A DNA stretch of 63,712 nucleotides, filler included, from Craspedostauros australis (Eukaryota): the NCBI GenBank assembly GCA_030167865.1. It is 8 parts of 8 records of this genome, joined end to end, with 100 filler letters (N's around TTAATTAATTAA, not from the genome) between each part and the next. Parts side by side here need not be neighbours in the genome. Positions count along the whole stretch, not along the records: positions 1 to 30,989 come from JALAGF010002097.1; 7 more parts are not named here. One strand, given 5' to 3'. The position numbers were made by a program, and so were the translations under genes. Positions 1-12,657 of this stretch are shown one piece after another (the first letter of the stretch is position 1; every line of letters starts with the position of its first letter). The notes under the pieces are model-generated. The model was not told where the DNA came from, did not search any database, and saw nothing but the letters and a program-made list of their open reading frames with translations.

Positions 1-1820
1 GAGCTCCATGCCGTGAAACCTTGGATGTCTGCGAACATCACTGTCGTGTGCGGAAATAAATCTGCGACAGGTGATCCGCCGGTACCAGCGCCATTTGTCA
101 CGTTGCTTCCTGTGAGCGTACCTTTCTGTGGCATGGCACCAAGTTTATTGGTGCTGCTGGCTCTAATTCGATTGTGGAACAATCGATCGCGGAACTCGGA
201 GGGGAAGAGTTCCGAGACAATGGCATCTGTCTTCGCGGCGGAATTCATCACTTTCTCCTGCCGTCGTTGAACGAGCTTGTCGTAACCAACGAACACCAAC
301 GAGGTCAACGCGAAGACGAGAGTCACGATGGTTGTGAACACGAACGGTGTTGATGTCATGTACGAATCATGGAAGTCCTGTGTTGGGTAGATCTCGATTG
401 AGTATGTGCATAATCCATAGTCACCGTCAGGAGGTATGAATGCTTCGATGATGGTTGACTGCTTTTGGTGCCGGAACTTTCGCTCTCGCATACTACCCAT
501 GCCAAGGAAAGTGACTGTTGGCCCTTGGACAAGGTAGGTGAAGCTGGATCCACAGCTTGTGGAGATGACAACGTTGATGTTACCGATGCCTTCTGGCAAG
601 AGGTTTGTGAGAAACACGGTCCACGAGATAGGTGTCATGATCACACCAGCCACGATTGCATCGTCAGTGTAGTTGGACATGACCGGGATCACGTAGCTGC
701 AAGTTGGCTCCGTGCTTGTGATGAGGACGCCCCGAACGATCTCGCTCGCAGCGTAGACGTCGGTCAGAATGGGTTGGTGGCTGTCTTCCATCGGTTCAAG
801 CACATTGTCGAAATTTGGTAGAGTCTTCAGATCAAGGTTGACAGCAAGCAACATGTACTCGAAAGCAGGAGAACCTGTGGAGATTGGAAGCCACGGGGGG
901 TTGTCATCGGATGGAGGCCATCCGCCTTCTGGTGGGAATGCACCAAAATCTGTGTAGTCCTTGACGGGATAGACATACGGCGTTAGGTGGGTATCGTTGG
1001 GGGGGGATGACATTGAACTCTGCCATGTACTCCGCGAAGGATTGCTCATCGTTTGCAGCGCTGTGTGCTTCGTATTTTTCACGAGATTCTTTGGTTCGCA
1101 GGACAGGGCTGTAACTGACCCCGACGGAGCCGGTCGTGATCTGGGCGTGGTTCGCCAACCTCATGAAGTCTGGGAGGGTGGTAGAATCCCATTCATGGCC
1201 ACTCGTGCGAACTTGGGAGGTCACAGTGGCCGCGAGGGTAGTGTACGTGTCGGTTACGACCTTTGCGTTCTTGCTAATAACCGTAGTGATTTCTGATGCG
1301 TAGGATTTGAACTGTGCATGATGTGATGATTATTGTGTATAGCAGTTGACAGATCGATGGCCCAGTCAAGTGGTGAGGTTTGTCTTCGTTCGCACGAGCT
1401 ATGTACGAGTTAGCGTGATGACAGTATAGCACCTGATCGCGCCAAGAGATACCATTGCGTTGTCTACTTCAATTGGTTGCACACGTCAAAGTAAGAAGGC
1501 CTGAGAGTCGACAGCAAGACACGTGGAATTGCGATACTCACCTCACTTTCGAATACCCTTTCTTCGGATTGAGAGGTGAAGAAATACGTGAGGAACGCAG
1601 CCCCAGAGGCAGCAAGCAAGAGGGCTGCAAAGAAGAATACTCGCCCGAAGACAACCGCCTGATTTTCCTTGTCTGCGATGTGAAACTGTTCGGTGGTGTC
1701 GGCACATTGGTCGCCACTTGCACTACCCGCGGTGTCTGATGTACCGGCTGCGTCCCCGTGCTCGAGGACATCATCATCATCATCATCAGACTTGAACGTG
1801 AAGGCAGCTGCCTTGTTCAT
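1..1820 (-). CDS. Diatom receptor-type guanylate/adenylate cyclase (TM - extracellular sensor - TM - class III cyclase), 5' part; runs off window start
   Basis: Exon 1 is 1820-1542 (TM VVFGRVFFFAALLLAASGAAFLTYFF). Intron 1541-1312 is GTGAGT..CAG. Exon 2 starts FKSYASEITT, has a second TM (PFVFTTIVTLVFALTSLVFVGYD), then QRRQEKVMNSAAKTDAIVSELFPSEFRDRL and ends SPVADLFPHTTVMFADIQGFTAWSS, the start of a class III cyclase domain. One frameshift is required at the G8 run 999-1006. Confidence 0.88.
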
Positions 1821-2690
1821 GGTCGAGGCGTCTGCGTTCGTGACGTATCTCTCCGGTGTTGGCCGTTGCTGTCTCTGGTGGCTTCGTTTCGGCTATCACT
1901 CTGTTTTGTGAGATGAGGTGTTGCACTCGTTCGCGTATCGATGATGAACGTTGGCGTGGATGTGGACGTGGACATAAGCGCTATGTATTCTGGTAATGAG
2001 TGGCCTTTGGACCTATCTGTCGCAAAACGATGACCGAATTTGCATGTCTCTGTTGGGAAATGATACGTTGGTGTTGCTTGTGTTGATCCCCTTGGGCTCA
2101 CTTTCTTTCTGGAGAGTCCTCCCATCGGGAGTGCCCTTGTGTCGACTTGCATAAGTAACGATGCACCAGATTTGTGAGGCTTTGGATGCCTACGTCTTTG
2201 ATCGTCGTAAAAGGATGTCGCTCCAACCATTCTCGAAGATCACCGGTGGCAACCGCGTCACCGCGCCTGCGGGCTTTTACTTTTCCGGAGGACGTCGATG
2301 ACTCCCGGCACTCGTTATCTGCAATGTACGCGTGCTCGTCGCTCGTAGGTACTACTACTACTATGGTGCCGCAAAAAGTCTCGATTGTCAACCATCATCA
2401 CCTCCAAGGAAGTGCTTGGACCGTATTTGCGCGCACGTTACGTGTATGGTATCCGCGTAGTGATGCGAGAAATCCCTCTCCGTCAAGGAACCGCGTGGTG
2501 GGGATGAAAGAATACAGAAAGTGTCATTTGCGTTGGTGGGCGACCAACGAAGGCCTCGGATTTTTTGGCGCGAGCTAAAATCCTTCTTCGAAACGCAGAC
2601 GGAAGCAAGATCAAGACCTGTTGGATCAATTGTCGTTAATTGCAAGTGATGCTCCGAGCCGCTTCATGGATACAAAAGTCATTGAGATGT

Positions 2691-2795
2691 GGATGCGGAG
2701 GCGGATGCGGAGGCGAATGCGGAGGCGGTTGCCGGATGCGGAGGCGGTTGCCGGATGCGGAGGCGGTTGCCGGATGCGGAGGCGGTTGCCGGATG
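2691..2795. repeat. GC-rich minisatellite: 3 x 12-mer GRATGCGGAGGC followed by 3.6 x 19-mer GGTTGCCGGATGCGGAGGC
   Basis: Units read directly: 2691, 2703, 2715 (12-mers); 2727, 2746, 2765 and partial 2784 (19-mers). Confidence 0.95.
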
Positions 2796-2959
2796 GGCAG
2801 GCACGAGTTCCTCCGAGTGGCTCAACTTCTTCTCTCCTCTCGAGTTACCCCTCTCGCCCGCACGAGCTACGTTGCCTCTCCCAAGGCGACTGTTCGGAGA
2901 AAGACTCACGCTGCCCCGAAGTGCCCCGCTTCATGTCGGACATGTCGAACGTGGCACGA

Positions 2960-5312
2960 TCAGCCGCCTCCACCAGATAGTATGCTGCTCAAGCTTGCTG
3001 CGAACTCACGAACAATATCCTTGGTTGCCTGAGTTGGGCAGTACACCAGCTCTTTGGGCTTTGCGTTCTTCGCGGCGGTTGCGTCGTTTGCTTCGTCCTG
3101 TTCGTTTTCCATGGTGTCAACGTCCGTGCCTGCGCCTGCGACTGCCAATTTGCGCCGCTTGTTCGAGGTTTTGACTGGCTCGTACAGTTTCGAATGCTTG
3201 ATGATACGTTCATGAGCTGCGACGAATTTACGATTCACGCATTCATCACAGTCCCAGGAGCCTTCGGGGACGGACTGCAGCCTTGGCACTAAGCAGCTGA
3301 TGTGATACTCCCCTTCGCATGCATCGCAGATGATGAGGCTGCCCCCGTCGCCACAAACTGCGCATTCATCGACCCCATGAACGGACTTCGCCATCTTGGC
3401 CTCTCTCTCCTCGACGCACACAGTTTTGAGCACCCGATAGTGGGCTGATTTCTTGAAGGTGCCGAGGTAGTACGTCAGGCAGCTGACCATGCTTTTTCCA
3501 ATTGATTTGGATACAGCCTTGAGGTCCTTCCGAAGGCGGAATATTTCTGCATGGAATCTCTCTTTTTCGTCGTCTGTCCAATCTGAACCGTCCACAGGTT
3601 TGATGTCTTCCACTTCTTTTCCGGCATCGCTTACCCGGTAGTCTCTCTTGTGCAACACTGCGAGCGCATTCTCCCATCGATTGCGCGGGACGCCCTCTTG
3701 TAAGAATAATAACACATCTTTTGCATTTCCTTTGGAGTGGTCCCATATTTGATCGCAGCTGCGTGGTTGCAACAGAGTAAGTTATGGGTCGGTTGGGTGG
3801 GTGGGCGGGTAATTGTGTAAATGTGTGAATGAAATGGCGGAGTAATGGGTCCATGGATGGGTTAGGCGGAATCGTAATGTGCACAAAGTGGCCAGCAGTT
3901 ACAGATGCGATCAATGGCGTCCGTGCAACAAAAGATCCTGTGTGATTTTGTCTCAACATGTCACCGGAATGCCACGGCAATGTCCGGCACAGGGTGACAA
4001 GCATCGTATGGCATGATGGGATGGGATGCGATGCGATTCTGCGCCGCAGGGCGTGATGCGTATGTATGTACCGACGCAAGCTTTCGAGACATGCACTTCG
4101 GCTGTCTGAGAATCTCCACCTCGTTGCCAGCACTTACTACGTTCCGCTTTCGCTTCGGGTTGAAGGAGTGGATCCGTACTGTACATGAGCCTTCGGGAGA
4201 TTCGTTGCTTGGAAGTCGTCTCCGACTCTGCTCGATTTCTTCGGGTAGATTGTGCCACCATCCTTCCAGCTCAAATCTATCCGCGTTTCTGATTTCGATG
4301 TGCCACGCGCAGATCGACGGTTGGTTGGCGAAGGAGAAGCGGGCTGATGTTTCAGACTGGATGATGGGATATCCTTCACTTCGGCAACGCCAGATCGGGC
4401 CTTGATCAATCGGTCGGCAATGGCTGCCTCGTCGTCATTCTTTCTTTCGAGAATCCTTGTGATAACCAACCGGATCCGATCGAAATAATCGACGCCTCTT
4501 TTCCCATTTTCTCGTGTTATGTGCGGTGGGAAGAAGAGGCCAGTCACCAACTTGCATCCTATTGATTTTGTCTACTCGCACGAGTAGAATGCATTGTTGG
4601 TGGCGTTTCCAAGCCGCAAAGAGAATGATAGTGGTGCGCAACATTCGGCAAGCGTTTCAAGTAAATTGACGGTCGATGTATGGGTGAGTGTGTGTGTACC
4701 GGTACGATCATTGAGTATGCAAGCGCGCAGGGTGCTCGCAGGTGCTCTGTTCCAGAGTATGAAACAACTCTCTGCGAGTGCTCCGGGAGAGCATAATAGC
4801 AGCAAGTTCTCGTAAGTGTGTGCCGAGCGTGGTGAGAGTGCACTGGAGCACGGGTATTCCTCAACTCTTTTCAAGCACGATGCTGCGGCTAGCGCCGAAA
4901 GCACAAATGTCTAACACCATCGCACAGACACCTTGGCATGGCAACGTGCACTTCCATTCGATACGCTCGTGTGGTATTCCACGTAGTGCGAGCTAGCACA
5001 CTGTGTGTGTTTGCGACATACCCTCGTCCAGCCAATTTCCTCCAGCAGTGGCCACACCAATGTCCAAAAGACTTTGATCAGCTCTCGTTTCTTTCCTCCA
5101 TATCCCAGGCCCGATGTCAAGTGTGCTTCTGACTTGTACATTGGTTGTTCCCCGGCATTCGATGATGCTGAAGGATTATCATCATCGTGAGCCTTGGCAG
5201 TCATGGTGGCAATAGCGGTGGCAGTCGAGGAGCCTTCGGTTTCTGCTGAGGTCGGTTTTGTCTGTTGTTGGATGGGTTCCTCCTCTACCGCGTCGTCAAA
5301 CTGAGATGACAT
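2960..5312 (-). CDS. Chromatin regulator with ELM2, SANT and PHD-finger domains (multi-exon)
   Basis: Exons are about 5312-5022, about 4558-4138 (ELM2-like SRVGDDFQATNLP) and 3758-2960. The last exon has a SANT-like segment (WTDDEKERFHAEIFRLRKDLKAVSKSIGKSMVSCLTYY) and a PHD C4HC3 (CAVCGDGGSLIICDACEGEYHISC..VPEGSWDCDEC). The exon1-exon2 junction is not fully resolved. Confidence 0.85.
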
Positions 5313-5428
5313 AGAACAGTTGGTTAGACTGGATCGTCGTGACGGTATTGATGCCACGACGAATGTTCACTGCCGGAATAGTATGGTACGCCTTTGGTAC
5401 GTATGAAAGGCCTCCGAATGTTTGTCGG

Positions 5429-5459
<31 letters not shown>

Positions 5460-5956
5460 GTTGCTGTCTGTCCACGCTCGTACGGGTACGAGTATGTCGT
5501 TTCGCGTGGATACGACCTGAGTAATACCTGCAACAGAGCGCGGAGGGAGCCGATTTCCGTGATTTTTGTTCTGTCTGTGTTGTGTCTCGTGTCTTCCGCT
5601 GATCAACATTAGCGGTTAGCAATATTCCGTATGCGAATACAAGTTTGAAACAAGCACAAAAAGCACGAATGCACGCAACGATGATTTGACAAGAATTGAT
5701 GTGACACTCGTGAACAGTAATTTGGCATGTGCTAGGTGTGGTTTCCTACTTGTGTGTTGTTGGCATCGTACACGAAGCTAGAGGCAAGCAAACCAAACAT
5801 AGACCGTAGGAAAGCAAACGAATGTGCAGCACACACTCGCAGTCTGATGGAAGTGGAGTGCAATACTCGCGAGATAGAGTAGAATACGATTATGTTTGAA
5901 CTCACGACCATCACCATCACCATCACCACACGTCTGCAAGGCCCACCGTGCCCGTT

Positions 5957-7747
5957 TCAATCTACTTTGCGATACAGGACATTGGACGTTTCACGAACAT
6001 CGAGCGACCTAGCGGAGTACTGATCCATCGAGTCCAAGGATACCTCGATTCCGCTTGCAATGTTGGCGGCGTTACATTTGATCAGCACGGGGAATTTGGA
6101 AGGTTGCAGTCGCTCTCGTTCAGCTGCTTCAAACTGAGCACGGATTTCCACGGTCTTGCTTGGCGCGAGGCTGTCAAGCGTCCATGATATTGTGCGTTTC
6201 AACCCATCCCAGACCCCATCCTTCTTCGACATGCTGACGGTTTCGCCGATCATATCGGGCGGGACGACCATGATGATGGCAATCTGCGTCAGGGCAAATT
6301 TGTTGCCTGGATTGGCACGGATCCGAACTCCCACACGGCAGATACCTTCCAGATGCTGCACTTTGGTTTTCAACAGCTGCGGTACCAGTGATATGTGGTG
6401 ATAGCAAAGCGATGGTGAATCGTTAGAGCGCGTTTGTTGAATGCAACCACAATCCGTGGATACAACCACTGGTGCTTGGTTGGTGCGTTGGTTGCAAAGT
6501 CGAATGCTGTCGCTGTCGCTGTTGTTGCTGCGTCTTGGGTCATTGCAAGATCACTCAGTTAAACACAACAGGAAGAGAACCATCACGCCGAACTCTGTTT
6601 ATGTTCGTAGTGACAACATACGTACCAATGGAATGGGCCGCACACGAGGTGAGCACCTGTAACAAAATATGGGACCTTCCAGATGCTCCTTGTGTTCCAA
6701 CCGTACCCGCACAACTTCTGTGAATGGCTCCGACGCATACTTGTCGTGCTTGGATTTGACGTCGTTGGCTGCCTTGCCGAAACATTCCGATTGTTCGAGA
6801 TGGGCTTTTGGATCGCGAATGATGACGTAGACGTGCTCTTTGGGATGCGTGGAGGATTGCAGCTGTGAAATAGAGGGAGGCAAAGGTTTGGCGAAGACGG
6901 GAGGAAAGAAGGACAGTGGACGAAGGTACAGGAGAGCAACCCGTACGGAATCTGATGAGTATGGTGCGACGTCTTTCGCACCTTCTTCGTACAAGTTGCC
7001 GGGAAATGAAAGAACGGCCACAAGCTCCTCGAGATGCAATGCGCTGTGATGCAATCAGTCAATCTGTGTATCCAACCCACGCAACAGACAGCGCACATGA
7101 CGTACAAATATGGCGCCGGATACCCGACACGCAGGTGGACTTGCGACGTCATCAAAGAGAATGGATATTTGTTCATGCACAAGCGCTTTGAGCTTCCCTC
7201 GTCGGACAGGCGAGGATCGCGGTGGCGGGAACTTGGACAATGGTATTACGGCAGTCTGCGCCTTGGGTGACGCCGCTGGTGATGACCGTGATCTTTCCTT
7301 CTTCGGTGTGCGCGGCTTTGGAAAGAAGTCACGTTCGGCTGCTGCAAAGTCGAAACTATCTTCGAGGGGATCCATGAACGCTTTGGTTGGTGGTGTTGCT
7401 GCCAACGTCGCTGCCGCTGCCGCTGCTGTTGCCGCTGCGGCTGCCGCTACTTTCGATGGACCGTCTGCATCAGTTGCCGCGCTCGTGGTGCGGGTGGCCC
7501 GATGCCGTGAATCAATGCGTGAGCTTTGCTGCGTCTTGTGCCTTGATGAATCCGTGGCGATGTCGCCGTTGCTTGATGACTTTTGAGATTGGAAAGTTGT
7601 CGCTGCGATATTGCGCTGATCGTTGGATGCTGATCTGGTTTGCTTGGAGTTGGAAAACCGCGGACTTGATTCATTCATGGAAGGGATGGGCATCCCGTCA
7701 TCCAATTCCTGGTGCTGCAATCTGGCAAGCCGTTTCCTTGCCGCCAT
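5957..7747 (-). CDS. Mu-homology domain (muniscin/adaptin-mu C-terminal-like) protein, paralog A, 3 exons
   Basis: Exons 7747-7106, 6862-6626 and 6376-5957, all phase 0 with GT-AG introns. Disordered N-terminus. C-terminal beta-rich region RVGVRIRANPGN..IAIIMVVPP..GVWDGLKRTISWTLDSL..FPVLIKC resembles muniscin-type MHD. Confidence 0.7.
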
Positions 7748-8615
7748 CGTCGCACAATATTTGATTCGATTCGATTTTACTTGGCTTGGCGTTGCTTTGA
7801 TTTGCTTTGATTCGGGGAACGCCCGTGTCCTTTGAGATCACGAGTGCGGGATGAGTGTGACCAGAGCAGTGTGCGTACAGCCGCAATGAGCAAAGCCCTC
7901 CAATGAACCGTTTTGATGAGCCAAAGGAAAACAGAATGGCTATCGAACTTTGGTTGGCTGGCTGGCTGGATGGATCGTTGCCTTGCGTTGCCTTGCCTTG
8001 CCTTGCTTTGCATTCTCTCTCTAGAACCCCCCGCAGCCATGCATCCAACACAATCGTCCTTGGCTTGTGTGGTATTATGTTATGTACGACCTATGAGCAT
8101 GGTATAATGCCATGCACTCCACTCCTCCTTCTCCAGACCATGCTCTCCTGTTCTCTGTTTCCGCCTGTTTCTGCCAAAGTTGGACTTTCTCATTCTTCCT
8201 CTCTCTGCCTCTCTTGGCGCACCTGTTGGGCTTGCGTGCGTGTCTGGCAGATACTTTTGGTCGGTTGATTCGTCAGACTCGAAATTGTTGACAACTCATC
8301 CGGATGCGGAACGTGGGCGAGGTTTTGTTGTCCCTCGTTTTCTGCCACCAACAATGCCAACAACAACCAAGATACAAGACACGAGTGCAGAGAGCAGGAA
8401 CCACGATGGCGACAACAGAAGCGACCATGGCGCATCTCATCGCTCTGCGCTGCGCCAAGCACTCCATCCCATCGAATTCGTCCAAGCACCATCGACGACT
8501 GCAGATACACAACGCCAGCAAGTTGTATTCGGAACGGTACAGACACGACAGCCAAGACTCGTGCGCACACGAAGTTGAGCCAAGCACCATACGACCTACT
8601 CGTACGAGCAGTACA

Positions 8616-10055
8616 ATGACGGCAAACAATGACACGGCCGATTCAGTGTTCGAGGCCTTTGATTCGAAAAAGAACCCACCCAACCCAACCGCAAGCGAAG
8701 ACTATGATCCGTTCGGTGTTGGCAAGCCCACCTCGCCATCCGAAGCATCACCCCTGAAGCGACAGACGACGGCCCCGCTGCCTCCCAAAGTCGCCATTAA
8801 GTTCATCGTCCATGAGGATGTTTCATCGACAGCCATCACGGGCACAGCCGACGAGGGAGCGTCAGAGGTCTTTGCCAACGGGACTATCCAAGTGAGTCGC
8901 TTCGGAGCGTACTAGCTTGTAGAGTAGATTATTCATCAACTCTATTGAACACTGGCTACTTGATCAGGTCATCTCCTTTCGCTCATTCATGCATCCCAAT
9001 TTAGTGAAAACGACTCTTCCATTCCGCCTGTTCGGCCCATTGCAACCAATTTTATGTACGAGTATGCTCACCCCCATCTCCAATCGCCATGCTCGACAAC
9101 GACTCACAAATTCCTCATTTTGGACAATGGCAACAACAGTGTCAAATCAATTCGTCGGACGCGCTCAAGAATGCACCATTTCAAATCATCTTGAGGTCGA
9201 AAGCGCCACAATCGCAGCAACCACAGCAACCACAGCAAGAACCCTCCGCAATCACATTCGTGCCTTCCCCGGCGTACTCAAAAATAGAAAAGGCAGGGCA
9301 GCAACAGCGAGGAAGCAAAAGTCAGAATGTTGTCAAGATTTCCAAAAGTATGATCAGTTTCGTCCCGGTTGGGGCGTATCAGATAAAGGAGAAGATTGTA
9401 CACATGCCATTGGTACGTATTTCACTTGCTCTCGTTGTGGTGGGTGACTGGATGGATGAATGCGTGCATGTGGTAGTCTCTTTGGTGTTTTGCTTCCTCT
9501 TCCACAAGTCTTCTTCAAAACGATTTCACGTTTGAGTTGAATCGAGATGAGGAATATTCTCATGCGACTTCGCTCATTCCACTATTTGCGATTCTCATGC
9601 CCTACTCTATCTGCGGTCGTCATTGTCTTCAGCTTTTGGAACGCAAGATCGACCGCAAGGGATCGGCCATACAGATCGCTGTGCAAGTCCGATCCAAGAT
9701 GGATAACTCGTCCGACCTCACGCATATCCGCATCACAGCCTCCATCGCACCAAGCGTCCTCGGCAGCTCCATTACCATGGTGTCCGGCAATGGAGAGTTC
9801 GATAAAATGAAACGTACCATATCCTGGAAGCTCGATCGTCTGCCAAAGGGAGAGAGCTTCATGGTGAGCGCCAAAGCCCGCGTGCAGGAGGATGTTCCGA
9901 CTACACCGAAAGAGTTCCCCGTCATGCTGCGGTGTTCGGCGCAGGATCAAATCAGCACAGTGTCATTGCAGGCGGCCAAGCTCCCCAATCATCCCGCCTC
10001 CATTGCGTCGCAGTTGCAGTCCCGATCGTTCCTGTTGGTGCATCATCTCAAATAG
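8616..10055 (+). CDS. Mu-homology domain (muniscin/adaptin-mu C-terminal-like) protein, paralog B, 3 exons
   Basis: Exons 8616-8891, 9140-9412 and 9633-10055, all phase 0. Short acidic N-terminus with a DPF motif (YDPFGVG). C-terminus QIAVQVRSK..IRITASIAP..GEFDKMKRTISWKLDRL..FPVMLRC. Confidence 0.7.
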
Positions 10056-11026
10056 GGCGTGAAATTGGGCATTTAGGAGCAAATCACACAGCGCAAAAAG
10101 GGTCTGGCTCTTTTGTTTGTACTGGAATCTACAGCACGATGCCCTACTCGAATCGAAAGCGATGCTTCTCCGTAATTCTTTGCGTAATTACAAACACAGA
10201 CATGTGAGACGATCGCAGATCGGAGTGGAGTGCAGCAGGTTGTCATCCGGATCTGATCGTTCCTTTCCGCGCTACACATGAAGTTTAGGCTTCGTTTCCA
10301 TTGATTCCTGTTTGGGAGTGTTGATCCGAATCGCTCGAACTAATCCAATTTCGTCACCAAACCCATCGGCGTTAAAGTACGGTTACGAGCTACTTTCGTG
10401 AGGGAAGCTGACCGATTTGAATTTTGCGGCCAATGATGCGGAACAAAATCGAGAGGGAGGTTGTGGAACACGATGGTGGTGGCGATGAGTGTTGTGGACA
10501 GACAAGAGTACGATCGAACCACGTTGCTGCTGGTGTTGGTGATGTTGCCAACAACAACGATAAAGACGACAGGAGCGACCGCGTTCCCACCATCGAGACC
10601 ATCACTCCTGACCGCATTGCTGCCTCCGCCCTCGCGTCACGTTCGGAGCAAAGCACACTGCTCCACAATCACCATCGCTGGTATCGACATTGCCTTTATT
10701 CGATTCCGACACCACCACAGAGCCTCGATCAAGACAACCCCACCCTCACTTGTTGGCATTGCCTATTTCTCTCCAATCCCCGTGTCACACGATCAACAGT
10801 GCCATTAATACATACACCCACAGCATCTCCTCGCAGCAGTAACAACATCAACCACAACTGCGGCAACCACAAGAACGAACGAGACGACCTGCTTCACTCG
10901 TCATCCAACATCTCTACCACCATACTCGCATAACAGAAGTGGCACGCGCCTGGACTATTCGTGCATTCAATACATTCACATCAGAAATACTCCCCTCTCC
11001 ACAATTCGAAATACCACACTGCCACA

Positions 11027-11592
11027 ATGACGTACCGATCGAAAGGACGGCACATTGTCGAGTTGATCATTGTGAGTCAAGCGATGGATTGTCGCGTGGT
11101 TGGGAGACGGACTGCTACGATGTAATCTGGTCTACTCCATCGTACTCTGCTCCACTGCATTGAAGCGTGAAGTATCTCGCCATTGCAAAAAGACTTGCTC
11201 TTGATAATGTTGCACATCGCCTTCCATTGCGCCGCGTCGCATGGCGCTGCATGACACGGTATCAACAAATACATGCGCTCATCACTCCTTTTGCATTGCC
11301 TTCATTTGACCCACGCCAAACAACGAACAATCAAACAATATTAACATGAAACACAACGCAGGCTATCTGTTTCTGTGCCTTCCTGGTCGGCTTCATCACG
11401 ATTCTTTGCATCGGGAATTACTTTCGTGCCAAACGAGCGCAAGAACGACAGCGGCAGCGGCGACTGGCAAAACTGGCTGCGGCGAACAATAATCCGAACG
11501 GCCCGCCCGGCATGTACGCTACGGATGCCAACTATTCCGCATCATACGAGGCGCCTCAGCATGCGGTACCGACGGGCGGGGTGCAGGCGTAG
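11027..11592 (+). CDS. Small (91 aa) single-pass membrane protein, 2 exons
   Basis: Exon 11027-11071 (MTYRSKGRHIVELII), intron GTGAGT..TATTAAC..CGCAG (11072-11361), exon 11362-11592 (AICFCAFLVGFITILCIGNYFRAKRAQERQRQRRLAK...GGVQA*). The splice joins two halves of one hydrophobic helix, followed by a basic stop-transfer stretch. Confidence 0.65.
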
Positions 11593-12657
11593 ATCAGCAG
11601 AGCGTTGCGAAGAACTGCGTCATGGTGGAAGATCCTGGATGACGACACGCGCACATCACACAAGTTTCAAAAGCGTGGTGTGGAAATGGAATGCTCTGTG
11701 GCGCTCGGACAGCATTTGGCATGAAGGCACACGCACATTGGTTTATGCGACAGCGTACCTGATACTCGTACGTTGGCTGCGTATACGTGGTTGTGCACAA
11801 ATGCAACCGACATGAACATACGTGTGGCAGAGCACAAAGCACTCTCTTGAACGAATCGCCGATGAGATGAAACGCAACTAGAATGATGAGCGAAAAAATC
11901 TGCATGATATGATGAGATGAGGTGCACAGTCCCCGTCGGCGCGATGCCAACGCGATGATCAGAACATCGCAGAGTCGATCAAGACTCCTCCTTCAAAATC
12001 ATCTGGGTTGGCAATCTGCGATTCTCCAGGCGCCAATGGTCTCGCTGAGACAATAGATAGTCAAGGGAACGGCTCGTGGGTTAGAACAGGATAGGACAGG
12101 GCAGGACAAGACCAGGCAAAGGTTGGACGAAGAGGAGGGGAGGATTCAAGGTCCCGAGTAAGCAGCCATTGAAAATGTACCAATAACAAGAACACATCAT
12201 GAAACCACGAACTCGATTGCTGGGTTTGTGCTGGAAAGGGTGCGGGACCATCACGGTGCGAGTACGAGTACGAGTAGAGAGGTATTGGACATCGAGCAGA
12301 GTAGATTGGAGTAGTACCACAAGCAGATCGCGCAGTGAATTGTTGATTTTTCACGATACTATCTTTGAGGTACTGTGACATACCTGTTCGGAAACAACAG
12401 AGTTGGTGTGATGATGACGTAGGATCGACACCCACAGACAAGATCGGAGATCGGCAGCGATGTCTGCTCCCTCCGTCCCACATTTCCAACTCACCCAATC
12501 CTCCCATCTGCATTCATCGCACAAAACCTGACGGTCGCGTTCATAACCATACCCTGATCTACCATACTCTGCTCTGCCCGATTCTCCAAGTACATACGAC
12601 GAGGCACCTGGTTGTGACGACTTGATCCATGCGACAATCACACATTTAAAGTTGAAG

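Noticed and set aside
2731..2795. GCCGGATGCGG resembles an enterobacterial REP half-site
   Set aside because: No complementary arm; direct tandem units only.
5431..5458. (GCTT)n and other microsatellites (7981 CCTTG, 24609 AACC, 31631 GA, 48880 ACAGAGG)
   Set aside because: Ordinary simple repeats in UTR/intergenic DNA.
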